DNA of 64,000 nt, taken from positions 224,001-288,000 of the forward strand of contig OZ219865.1 of assembly GCA_964291675.2 (NCBI GenBank). The letters are read 5' to 3'. A model generated the notes under the pieces. The model saw nothing but the letters and a program-made list of their open reading frames with translations. It had not been told where the DNA came from and ran no database searches. Source of the stretch: Alphaproteobacteria bacterium (GTDB taxonomy: Bacteria; Pseudomonadota; Alphaproteobacteria; MPNO01). Shown piece by piece: positions 27,935-36,594 of the stretch. Every line of letters begins with the position of its first letter. The first letter of the stretch is position 1. The position numbers and the translations under genes are program-made.

Positions 27935-28541
27935 CCGGGTCTTCCGGCTCGGCAGCCGCGGGCTTGCGCCGCTCCGCCTCCGGTCCCGCGAGCGCCCGGA
28001 AACGGGCGAGCCAGGCCTCGGCGGCCCTGTCGGGCGGCAACGGGCGGATGCGCCGCTTGAGCGGCGGAAACGCGACGCCCGCGCCGGCCGACCTCTGCCC
28101 GTCCAGCAGGTCGCGCCTCTCGGCCGCCGCCGCCATGCGGGTTACGAAACGGAGCAGCTCGGCCCGCTCCTCGTCGAGCGCCACCTCCAGCCCGGCGGCC
28201 TCGCGCACCGCCGCCTCGATGCCGGCGGCGAGTTTTCCGGAGCGCTGGGTGTCGGGCCAACCGTCGCGCAGCCACGCCGACGGCGCATCCGCGACCAGCG
28301 CGTGCAGCGCCAGCGTCCGCCGGTCCTCGTCCGCCAGCCCGTCGAGCGCCTCGATCTCCTCGGAGACGACCGCCGCATGGGCCGCGACCGAATGGTAGGC
28401 GCGCATGCACCCGCCCCGCCGGCAGGCGTTGGCCAGCACATGGGCCAGCGCCTCGAAGTCGATGTCGGCGGCGGTGACAGTCTCCGGATCGCCCGGCCAG
28501 GTGAGCGGCGCCTGTCCGCCGCCGGTCGGTTTCCGCGTCAT
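27918..28541 (-). CDS. degenerate HD-domain (YfbR/YfdR-like) protein
   Basis: IDFEALAHVLANACRRGG and YHSVAAH match the family, but the HD motif reads ALVADAPSAW. Confidence 0.7.
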   Translation of the reverse strand: MTRKPTGGGQAPLTWPGDPETVTAADIDFEALAHVLANACRRGGCMRAYHSVAAHAAVVSEEIEALDGLADEDRRTLALHALVADAPSAWLRDGWPDTQRSGKLAAGIEAAVREAAGLEVALDEERAELLRFVTRMAAAAERRDLLDGQRSAGAGVAFPPLKRRIRPLPPDRAAEAWLARFRALAGPEAERRKPAAAEPEDPDAGRG

Positions 28542-31138
28542 GACGCAGCGGCCTCCCATTCGGATGGTTCGGTTTGTCCGGCAGCGGGGCCGGCGACTCC
28601 GCCGGACAGGGCAGCGTCCCCGGCGAGCCGGTCGATCGCCTCGACGGTGCCGAGCCCCCCGGCCTTGAGCCGCTCGACCGCCGCGAAGGCCGGTCCGCGC
28701 GACGAGAACAGCGCCACCGACCAGGCATCGAGCACGAGACGGGCGACCCGCCAGCCGTCCGGGCCGTGTAGCACCAGCTCCGCATAGCGCCCGTCGGCCG
28801 TGGTGAGAGATTTCAGCGCGCGCTCCATGCCGGGATCGCAGTGGATGCGCTTCTCGGATTTCAGCAGCTCGACCGACTCGTCCTTCTGGGCGAGGAAGAT
28901 CGTCCAGTCCGAGTTCTCCCACGCGGCGCGTGCGGCCGGGTTGGCGTAATAGTCGTTGACCGACTGCGTGCCGGTAATCAGCGCGCCGCGGTATTTGCGG
29001 GCGCGCCTGGCGGCGCCTTCAAGGAACGCCTTCGAGTCCTCGCCCGAGAGCAGGTCCCACGCCTCGTCGATGACGATCGCCTTCGCCCGCGTGCGCTCCC
29101 CGTGATACATGCGCTGGGTCGCGAGGAAGACCACCAGCATCAGCACCACCGCCTGGACGTCGCCCCGGCCCTTGAGCTCGGCGAGCTCGAACACCGTCAG
29201 GGCGTTCTCAAGGTCGGGGACGTTGCTTCCGGCGAACAGCCGGCCCATGGCCCCGCCCGGGCACCAGGGGCCGAGGGAGGTGGCCATGTCCTTCGCCCGC
29301 CGGTCGTCGCGGGCGTCCAGATGCGTCCTGACCGTGCCGAGATCGGCATCGTTGCCGGACTCGTCCCAGGCCGCCGCGATGGCCTCGGCGATCAGCGCCG
29401 CCTCGATGTCGTCGATCGAGCCCCGGCGCCGGGCCATGCGGCCGATCACGCCGGCCAGCATGGCGAAGCACTCCTCGCGGTAGTCGCCGTCATGCGCCGC
29501 CGTGCCTGAGTCGATCATCGCGAAGGGGTTGAGGCAGGCCGGGTCCTTGCCGAAGGCGATGAAGGCGCCTTCGAGGGCTTCGGCGGTATGCTGGAACGAG
29601 CGCCCGTCGTCGATCACCACGGCCTCGCCGCCGGCGCCGATCAGCCCGGTCACCAGCTCCTGCATGAGCACCGACTTGCCCGAGCCGGACTTGCCGGTGA
29701 CGGCGACGTTGTAGTTGCCGGCCTCGTTGGCGAAGGGCGACCAGCAGGCGGGCTGGCCCCGGCGCCCGATCAGGAACAGCGCCGGGGGATTGTCCGGGTT
29801 GGCGGGCTGGCCGCGCCACTCGCCGTGCCACGGCGCGAGATTGACGGCCGAGGACGTCAGCAGCGTCTTCATGCGCCCCATGCGTTCGAGGTCGGCGTCG
29901 AGGCCCCCGGCTGAGCCCATGGGCAGGCAAGCAAGCCAGGAGGGGAGCTGCATGTAGCGCTCGGCGTTCACGCGCCAGCCCTGGCCGTGGTAGATCGCGC
30001 GCACCGCCTGCTCGGCCTCGTCGAGAGTGTCGAGCGGGGCGTAGACGGCGGTCATGTAGCAGGCGCGGACCAGCTTCTCGCCGTCCTTGATCCGGTCGGT
30101 GACCGCCTGCCAGTCGCGCGCCTTCTCGGGCAGGCCGGGCAGATACTTGGCGATGCCGGTGCCGGCCTGCTGGGTCGCGCGGGCGGACTTGAGGAAGGCC
30201 TTCTCGCCCGCCGCCTCGTCGCCGGTCACGACGGTGAGGCAGGTGAGCACCGGGCAGCCCGGTTGCAGAAAGTCGCGGTGGAAGTCGCCGATCAGCGCGT
30301 TGCTGCGCCAGCCCGGCCAGACCTCGGGGAAGGCGATCGCGCTGAGCACCCGGACGGCGATATCCCCGGAGCCGCCGTCGCGGCCGCCGTCCGGATGATG
30401 GAAGGTCAGGCCGGTTGGATGCACCGAGAGCGCCCGTCCGGGGGCGATGCACTGCTCGTGCAGCGGATCGCGCGGCGCCCAGCGCCGGGGCGGGCGTTCG
30501 GTGCCGCCGTCGCGGTATCCGCCGATGTCGGGATTCGTGAGCTCCGCCGCGAGCGAGAGCAGCGCGTCGGGCTCCAGCCGGCGGGAGTGCGCCCCGGCCG
30601 AGGCGAGCGTGCCCTCCAGCGCCCGGCGGAACGCGCCGAGCGCGGTCTCCGTCGCCGGACCGGGGGCGCCCGAGAGGCAGGCGGTGACGAACACCCGGTA
30701 GTCGGAGAGGGTGAAGGGCGGCCCGCCGTCGTGGAGCCGCCGCCAGCCGCCGGAAGCCAGCAGATCGCGGCGGCCCGAGCCCATGCGGGCGAGCGCGCCG
30801 CCGGCCTGCGCCCGCGGCCCGGCCCAGGCCCGGCTTGCCGCGCCGAAGCGCGGGCTCGCCCAATGAATGACCTGGACGGTGCAGCGCTCGGGCGCGGCGT
30901 CGGCCAGCGTCCCGGCGAACGCGCCCAGTGTCTCGGCGTCGATCCCGGCGAAGGGCGGCAACTCGACGACGAATCCGGTCGAGCCCGCATTGACGTAGAG
31001 CTCGCTCGATTCGTCGAAGGCGCGCCACGGCAGCAGGGCATGGAGCGCGGCCGGCATCGCCGGGGGCGACCACGGCCCCGGCGCCTCCGGGCCCTCGAAC
31101 ATCTCCAGCAGCCGGGCGAGCGCGCCCGACGCCATCAT
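28538..31138 (-). CDS. traC: VirB4-family ATPase
   Basis: NYNVAVTGKSGSGKS, IDDGRS, IDEAWDLL and RRARKY.G motifs. Confidence 0.96.
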   Translation of the reverse strand: MMASGALARLLEMFEGPEAPGPWSPPAMPAALHALLPWRAFDESSELYVNAGSTGFVVELPPFAGIDAETLGAFAGTLADAAPERCTVQVIHWASPRFGAASRAWAGPRAQAGGALARMGSGRRDLLASGGWRRLHDGGPPFTLSDYRVFVTACLSGAPGPATETALGAFRRALEGTLASAGAHSRRLEPDALLSLAAELTNPDIGGYRDGGTERPPRRWAPRDPLHEQCIAPGRALSVHPTGLTFHHPDGGRDGGSGDIAVRVLSAIAFPEVWPGWRSNALIGDFHRDFLQPGCPVLTCLTVVTGDEAAGEKAFLKSARATQQAGTGIAKYLPGLPEKARDWQAVTDRIKDGEKLVRACYMTAVYAPLDTLDEAEQAVRAIYHGQGWRVNAERYMQLPSWLACLPMGSAGGLDADLERMGRMKTLLTSSAVNLAPWHGEWRGQPANPDNPPALFLIGRRGQPACWSPFANEAGNYNVAVTGKSGSGKSVLMQELVTGLIGAGGEAVVIDDGRSFQHTAEALEGAFIAFGKDPACLNPFAMIDSGTAAHDGDYREECFAMLAGVIGRMARRRGSIDDIEAALIAEAIAAAWDESGNDADLGTVRTHLDARDDRRAKDMATSLGPWCPGGAMGRLFAGSNVPDLENALTVFELAELKGRGDVQAVVLMLVVFLATQRMYHGERTRAKAIVIDEAWDLLSGEDSKAFLEGAARRARKYRGALITGTQSVNDYYANPAARAAWENSDWTIFLAQKDESVELLKSEKRIHCDPGMERALKSLTTADGRYAELVLHGPDGWRVARLVLDAWSVALFSSRGPAFAAVERLKAGGLGTVEAIDRLAGDAALSGGVAGPAAGQTEPSEWEAAAS

Positions 31139-31800
31139 CGGAGCCTCCAGGTGGCGGGCTCCAGCACCGCCCGGACGTGGCCCGCCTCGCGGTAGATGCC
31201 GTTTGCGTCGACGAAGGGCGCGATCCAGATGCGTGCCACCACCTCGCCGGTGCGCAGGCCGTCCGCGGCAGCGCCGCCTTGCGCCGGGGCGGCTTCGACC
31301 GGAAGGGCCGCGGGCGGTCCGGCGGGGGCATCCGCTTCCTCGCCCGATAGCGGGTCCGGAGTCCGCACCGCCGGTGCCGCGGACGCCCGTTCGGACCCCA
31401 CGTCCGGCCGCGGCGCGCCTTCAACCGTCTCCGTTGCAAACAGCCGTGCCAGCCAGGCGAAGGGCTCGAACGCGCCGCAGTCCGAAGCGCAGGGCGGCCT
31501 CGCCGCCGTGTCGGGTTCCGTGGTCCGTACCCGCCACAGCGGCTCCACGAGCACGGCATTTCGGGTCGCGGCAGTGTCCGGCACCGCCGGATCGGCGGCG
31601 GCGACGCTGTCGCACGAGCCGCCCTCCGCCAGCGGGCACTGCCAGGACTCGCCGATATGGCCCGAGGAACAGCCGGCAAGCAGGAGCGCCGCGAACGCCG
31701 CGGCAACCGGCATCCCGGCTCGGGAGCCTGCCCCGGACTGGATCCGGGGGCCGGGACAGGTCGCCGCCCGGCGCGGGACGGGTTTCATTGCGTGCGTCAT
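31135..31800 (-). CDS. traV: core-complex lipoprotein
   Basis: LAGC lipobox, WQCP....SC and RIWIAPFVD motifs. Confidence 0.9.
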   Translation of the reverse strand: MTHAMKPVPRRAATCPGPRIQSGAGSRAGMPVAAAFAALLLAGCSSGHIGESWQCPLAEGGSCDSVAAADPAVPDTAATRNAVLVEPLWRVRTTEPDTAARPPCASDCGAFEPFAWLARLFATETVEGAPRPDVGSERASAAPAVRTPDPLSGEEADAPAGPPAALPVEAAPAQGGAAADGLRTGEVVARIWIAPFVDANGIYREAGHVRAVLEPATWRLR

Positions 31801-31801
31801 C

Positions 31802-33112
31802 TCACTGTCCTTTCTGCGCGGTGAGCACCGGCCCGCGGCCGTCGATGCGGGCGCCCTCCAAGAACACCAGCGTCACCTTCGTGCCGGCCTGGAGCTGGAC
31901 CACCGGCTGATACTGCTCGGCGCGGCGGATCATGTAGTCGGCGACCTTCTGACCGGCGCTCGACGCCCCCGCGCCGAGGCCCGCGCGGCCGATATCGCCC
32001 AGCCCCGTGTTGGCGACGGCCGCGCCGGTCCCGGTCGCCACCGCCTGGGGCTGGAACGCCTGCGAGACGCCCTGGCCCAAGCCGGAGACCACGCCGGCGA
32101 GGAACGCCTTCTCGACCAGCGCGCCCTCGCGGCTCACCACCGGGCCGCGCACGCCGGTCTTGCCGGAACCGGCGACGAAGCCCGCCACGTCGGTCTCGAT
32201 CACCGTGCCCGGCTCCGGCCCGGCGCAGGTCATGGTGCGGAAGCGGACGTAGACCTTCTCGGAGGAGAGATCGCCGTGCGCCGCCCCGGTCACGGTGCAG
32301 CCGTCGACGTCGACCTGCAGGGCGGTTCCGTCTTCCGCCGCGGTCCATGCCGGACCCGTGATCCTCAGCAGCACCGGGCGGGGATCACCCTGCGACGACA
32401 CCCCGGCCGAGGCGTCGACGCCGGCCAGCACCAAAGCCTCCGCGTGGGCGCCGGCCGGCAGCCAGACGGAGACCGGCTTCGCAACAGCATCGGCCACCAG
32501 TTCCGCTCCGCTCCGGGGCCTGCCCCGGACCCCGTTCCGGGGATCGGTAACGGACGATCGCGGCGAGCCCTCCAGCTCGAAGGTCTCGATCATGCGGCCC
32601 GGCAGCGCCGGTCCCGGCTGCGCCTGTCCGCCGGTCGGCCGCGCGTTGCCCCGCGCGCGGAAATAGTCCCCGGAACCCGGCATGGCGCTCGGCTCGGTCC
32701 CCGGTTGCGCGGGCGGTTGCATGCCGCGCCGCAGCTCGTCGATCAGCGCCGCCTGGCGGTCGATGACGCGGCGCGCGTCGGCAGCGTCCTCTTCCAGCTT
32801 CGCACGCAGCCGGTCGTTGTCGCCCCGGAGGCTGCGCGCCTCCCGCTCCATCTCGCGCAGCTTCGTCTCGATCCCGCCGAGCCTGGCCTCCGAGCGCCGC
32901 GTCCAGACCTTCTCGGCCGCGTCCGGCCCGGCGATCTCGGCCTCGATGCCGCCCCGCGGCGCACCTTCCTTGCCGCCGCCCATGCCGAGCCACGCGGCGA
33001 CCACGAGCAGCAGCAGGGCCGCGACCGCCGAGAACAGCAGCAACTGGCGCCGGCGCACGGCTTGCGCCTCGCCCGGGTCGCGCACGGGCCGCCGGTCGTC
33101 GGGGGCGGTCAT
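31802..33112 (-). CDS. traB: VirB10-like core protein
   Basis: TM plus coiled coil; LPAG, GCTVTGAAHGDLSSEKV and RAEQYQPV motifs. Confidence 0.93.
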   Translation of the reverse strand: MTAPDDRRPVRDPGEAQAVRRRQLLLFSAVAALLLLVVAAWLGMGGGKEGAPRGGIEAEIAGPDAAEKVWTRRSEARLGGIETKLREMEREARSLRGDNDRLRAKLEEDAADARRVIDRQAALIDELRRGMQPPAQPGTEPSAMPGSGDYFRARGNARPTGGQAQPGPALPGRMIETFELEGSPRSSVTDPRNGVRGRPRSGAELVADAVAKPVSVWLPAGAHAEALVLAGVDASAGVSSQGDPRPVLLRITGPAWTAAEDGTALQVDVDGCTVTGAAHGDLSSEKVYVRFRTMTCAGPEPGTVIETDVAGFVAGSGKTGVRGPVVSREGALVEKAFLAGVVSGLGQGVSQAFQPQAVATGTGAAVANTGLGDIGRAGLGAGASSAGQKVADYMIRRAEQYQPVVQLQAGTKVTLVFLEGARIDGRGPVLTAQKGQ

Positions 33113-33924
33113 CGCGGCTCTCCCGCCGGGCCGCTTTCCACGACCGCCACGGCAAGCCGTCCGCCCGCGGGCCCGGTGCCGGCCGACGCCAGCCAGAGCG
33201 CGGCAACACGCCCGACGCCCGACAGCCCCTCGATGGTCCCGGCGAGGCCCCCGCTGCCGTCCGCACCGTCCCCTGCCCCGGACCGCGATCCGGGAGCCTG
33301 CCCCGGACCCGATCCGGGGGATGCCGGACCGGCGGCCTCGAAAACGAGCGCCGCGAAGCGCGGGCCCCGCCAGGTCTCGATGAGCGTCAGTCCGCCAACG
33401 GACGGACCATGGCCAGCCTCTATCCCGTAGCCGGGCAGCGGCTCGCGCCTTGCGACCGACCGCACCAGCCCCACCAGCGCCGCGATGTGCGCATCGCCCG
33501 CCAATGCCGGGGCGGACGGCGCCACGTCCGACAGCGCCGCCGCGTCGCGGATCAGGATCTGCGCCGAGTCCCGGTTCGAGGCCGTCAGCGTCAACCGATA
33601 GGTGAAACCCTTTTCCGTGCCGATGAACAGCGTGACCGCGACCCCGTCCGAGACATCCAGGCCGGAGGGCCGGAGGTAGAGGTCGCCGGAGGACGCGTCG
33701 TGCTCGACCGCGAACCCGTCGGGCGAGCGCACCACCTTCGCGATCCGGTCGCCGGCGAGCGCGATGCGGTTGACGTCCGTCGCGGAGATTTCGGCCGCGA
33801 GCTCGGCATGGTCGGCGGCATCGAGGATCTGCATCGCCAGCGCGGGCGCCACAAGCGCGCCCATATACACAAGGTGTGCCGCGAGCAGCAGTGCGAACGG
33901 CCACCGCCGGTGCATCGATGTCAT
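33109..33924 (-). CDS. traK: VirB9-like core protein
   Basis: Signal peptide; ISATDVNRI, GDLYLRP and FIGTEKG motifs. Confidence 0.88.
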   Translation of the reverse strand: MTSMHRRWPFALLLAAHLVYMGALVAPALAMQILDAADHAELAAEISATDVNRIALAGDRIAKVVRSPDGFAVEHDASSGDLYLRPSGLDVSDGVAVTLFIGTEKGFTYRLTLTASNRDSAQILIRDAAALSDVAPSAPALAGDAHIAALVGLVRSVARREPLPGYGIEAGHGPSVGGLTLIETWRGPRFAALVFEAAGPASPGSGPGQAPGSRSGAGDGADGSGGLAGTIEGLSGVGRVAALWLASAGTGPAGGRLAVAVVESGPAGEPR

Positions 33925-34493
33925 TTGCCAGTCTCCATCTGTTCGAAGCGCAGCAGGCCGATCCGCCCGGCGTCGATGCGGAAGGCGAGCCGGTAGCGCC
34001 GGTTCTCGCGCGCCGCTTCCTCGCGGCCGATCCAGGTCACGAGCTCGCCCGCGACCTCGACGCTGAGCCGCGCCGGGTCGGCCTCGATCTCTCCGGGATA
34101 GAAGGCGCTCGCCAGGTCGCGCCCGGCCATGCGGGCCGCCTCGGCCTCGACCCAGGCGCCGATCGCGCCCCGCGCCGAGGCGTGGGACAGCCGCGCCGCG
34201 GCCCGCCGCACATGGCCCGCGTTCTCCGGTGTCAGCGTGAGCAGCGTCACCGCGACGGTGCGCGCCATGTCTTCCAGATACCGCGCCCCGGCGGGACCCG
34301 TGCCGGCCGCGCCGCCGCCGACCTCCCAGGCCGGACCCGAGACCGCCGGCACCAGCACGGTGACGGTCTCGCGCCCGGCGAAGCCGACGGTGAGCGCCAG
34401 GTTTGCCGTCATCGACAGCGCCAGCAGAACGCCCAGCGCGAGGCGGACGTCCCGCACCCGGCGCAAGGCGATGTCCATGTCGCCGCGCCGCAT
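33921..34493 (-). CDS. traE: pilus assembly protein
   Basis: N-terminal TM; TVLVP and YLEDMA......LLTLTPEN motifs. Confidence 0.88.
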   Translation of the reverse strand: MRRGDMDIALRRVRDVRLALGVLLALSMTANLALTVGFAGRETVTVLVPAVSGPAWEVGGGAAGTGPAGARYLEDMARTVAVTLLTLTPENAGHVRRAAARLSHASARGAIGAWVEAEAARMAGRDLASAFYPGEIEADPARLSVEVAGELVTWIGREEAARENRRYRLAFRIDAGRIGLLRFEQMETGK

Positions 34494-34786
34494 CAGCCGA
34501 CATACCGACGGAGATGGGAGGGCGGTGTCGCCTTCAGGCGCAGCACGAAGTCGGGCAGGAACCAGTAGAGGGCGTAACGCGCGATGTTGGCCCCGCCGCC
34601 GCGCTTGACGCGCCGGAGCAGGAGCCAGCCGCCGACGCCGGCAACGAGGCCAGGCACGAACTGGTTGGCGGCAAGCCCGAGCAGCGCCGGGCCCATCAGC
34701 GCGGCGGCCTCGTCGACGGTCCAGAACAGCCAGCGCTCCGGGTCGTCGAGCCGGCGGGGAATGGTGTGGCGGGCGGTGTCGTTCAC
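34493..34786 (-). CDS. traL: pilus assembly protein
   Basis: IPRRLDDPERWLFWTVDE and LYWFLP motifs. Confidence 0.92.
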   Translation of the reverse strand: MNDTARHTIPRRLDDPERWLFWTVDEAAALMGPALLGLAANQFVPGLVAGVGGWLLLRRVKRGGGANIARYALYWFLPDFVLRLKATPPSHLRRYVG

Positions 34787-34803
34787 GGCTGCCGACCTTC
34801 GGC

Positions 34804-35136
34804 TCAGACGATCGCGGTGCCGACCAGGCCGGTGACGATGCCGGTGCCGGCGCCCGCGGCGATGCCGACACCCACCGCGCCCATCAGCTGCATCGGGTTG
34901 AAGCGCAGCACCGAGCCCACCAGGGCGGCGCCGACGGCGAGCGCCGCGGCGAGCTGGCCGCCGGTGCCGCCGACGATCCCCTCCACCGTGCCGAGCGGCC
35001 CGCCGAAGGTGGTGTCGGTGGTCGCCAGCGCCATGTCCGGCCCCGCCAGCAGCGCCGCCAGGGCGATCCCCGCGGCCGCCGCGGTCCGGAGCGTTGCCAT
35101 GCCCGGAGCCGCCGCCCGGCCGGCCCCTGGTCTCAT
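34804..35136 (-). CDS. traA: conjugative pilin
   Basis: Signal peptide ending ALA plus two Gly/Ala-rich hydrophobic helices; directly upstream of traL. Confidence 0.8.
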   Translation of the reverse strand: MRPGAGRAAAPGMATLRTAAAAGIALAALLAGPDMALATTDTTFGGPLGTVEGIVGGTGGQLAAALAVGAALVGSVLRFNPMQLMGAVGVGIAAGAGTGIVTGLVGTAIV

Positions 35137-35357
35137 CGGTCGTCCCCCTCGATCGCGCTGCCGTCGTCCGAGGTCGACTTGCGCCGCCGCGTCCTCACCC
35201 AGGCGTCGAGGTCCTCCATCAGATAGCGGACCCGGCCGCCGAACTTCAGGAACACCGGCCCGTCGCCCGACACCCGGTAGCGGTCCAGCGTGCGCGTCGA
35301 CAGGCCGAGATGCGCGGCCGCCTCGCGCGTGTTGAGATAGGCGCTCTTCCCGGTCAT
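35133..35357 (-). CDS. HTH_17/AlpA-type excisionase-like protein (RdfS-like)
   Basis: YLNTREAAAHLGLSTRTLDRYRVSGDGPVFLKFGGRVRY...DLDAW; overlaps the traA start. Confidence 0.9.
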   Translation of the reverse strand: MTGKSAYLNTREAAAHLGLSTRTLDRYRVSGDGPVFLKFGGRVRYLMEDLDAWVRTRRRKSTSDDGSAIEGDDR

Positions 35358-35475
35358 TCCCTTCTCCTCCTGCTCTTGCCTGCCCCGGCCGGCGAGCCGG
35401 GGTGCGCCGCGTCCGGACGGACCCGGTCCCATGCGAGGGCCAAGCGAAGCGGAGAAGGGCGGTTCCGGGGAAGGT

Positions 35476-35537
35476 CGTTTTCGGCGGGGGAAAACGGTCC
35501 ACAGTCTCGACGCCAACCGACGCCAACCGACGCCACG
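35476..35537. promoter_or_regulatory. candidate regulatory sites upstream of the rdfS-tra operon
   Basis: Inverted repeat CGTTTTC-N7-GAAAACG (35476-35496) and three tandem 10-mers CGACGCCAAC/CGACGCCAAC/CGACGCCACG (35508-35537). Confidence 0.55.
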
Positions 35538-35757
35538 CGGCGACAGCGCGACGGGAGCCCGGCGCCGGGGCCGCGACGGCGGCGCCGCGCCGGACGGGAG
35601 TCGGGTCGGCGGTCTTCGGCGGACGACGCCGCGCCCAAAACCGTCGCTCTTGTCTTGAGAAAGCGCGGGTGGCGTCCGGGAGAGACGGCGCGTGCGGGCG
35701 GCCGGCCCGGAAGCCGGTTCGGGAGCCCGGAGAGGGCAGACCCCCGGTCGGCGCGGG

Positions 35758-36542
35758 CTACGGGCCGGACGCGTCTCCGGCGCCGCGGGCCATCTCCCGG
35801 TACCGCATCGCGACCGCCCTGGCGTTCCTCAGCCGGCGCCCGATCCGCGAGTGCATCCAGCCGCCGACGTAATACTCATTCCCGGCCCGGTCCGGGCCCC
35901 AGATCGCCGCGGCGATCTCCGCGTACGTCCGGCCCTCCGCGCTCCCTTCCAGGGCGGCCAGCAACTCGCGATCCCCGTCCCCCGTACCCGCCCCGGCGGA
36001 GGGGCCGGGACGCCGGACCAAACATCCTCGATCCTGACGACCGCGCGCACCAGCTCCAGCCCGCCGTCCTCCGGGAACGCCGCGCCGCCGGGAAGGCGGA
36101 CCTGGACCGCCGCACCGGGCCGCTCGATCTTCAGCACCAGCGCGCCGTCCGCCAGCCGCAACCCCTCGATCGAGGCGCCGCCCGCCTCCGCCAGCGCGGC
36201 CAGCGGCGCCGCATCCCGCACCGCCCTGCCGTCCGCCATCGGACCCCGCGCCCAGAAGGGGGAGACGATACCGTTCTCTGCCCGGGGGTCTTCCCAGGCC
36301 AGCAGGCCCCAGTCGCGGGCGGCGAGGTCCGCCGCCGTCTGGAGCCTGACCGGAAAGGGTGCCGCCTCCGGCAGGCCGGGGGGCGGAAGGCGGCGCAGCC
36401 ACGCCCCGCGATAGCCCCAACTCGCCCGGATGAAGCTCCAGGCGCGGACCGGGTCCCAGACGGCCGGCAACCCGCGGCGCCGTCCGCCGCGGGCCGGGCC
36501 GGACCCGGCCGGCGGATCCCCGTCCGAGTCCTCCGGGGTCAC
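35758..36542 (-). pseudogene. FseA-like transcriptional activator (DUF6499 + DUF2285) split by a frameshift near 35980
   Basis: One frame has AWSFIRASWGY and DWGLLAWEDP. The -1 frame has LLAALEG...TYAEIAAAIWG...W....RRL...YR. One extra G in the G5 run (35979-35983) would fuse them. Confidence 0.75.
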
Positions 36543-36594
36543 GGGCTTCGCTCCCGGCGTCGGGGCCGGGCCGCTCTTCGGCGCGGCCGCCGCG

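Noticed and set aside
35508-35537. Tandem repeats here and at 59913-59996 as a CRISPR array
   Set aside because: No unique spacers and no cas genes.
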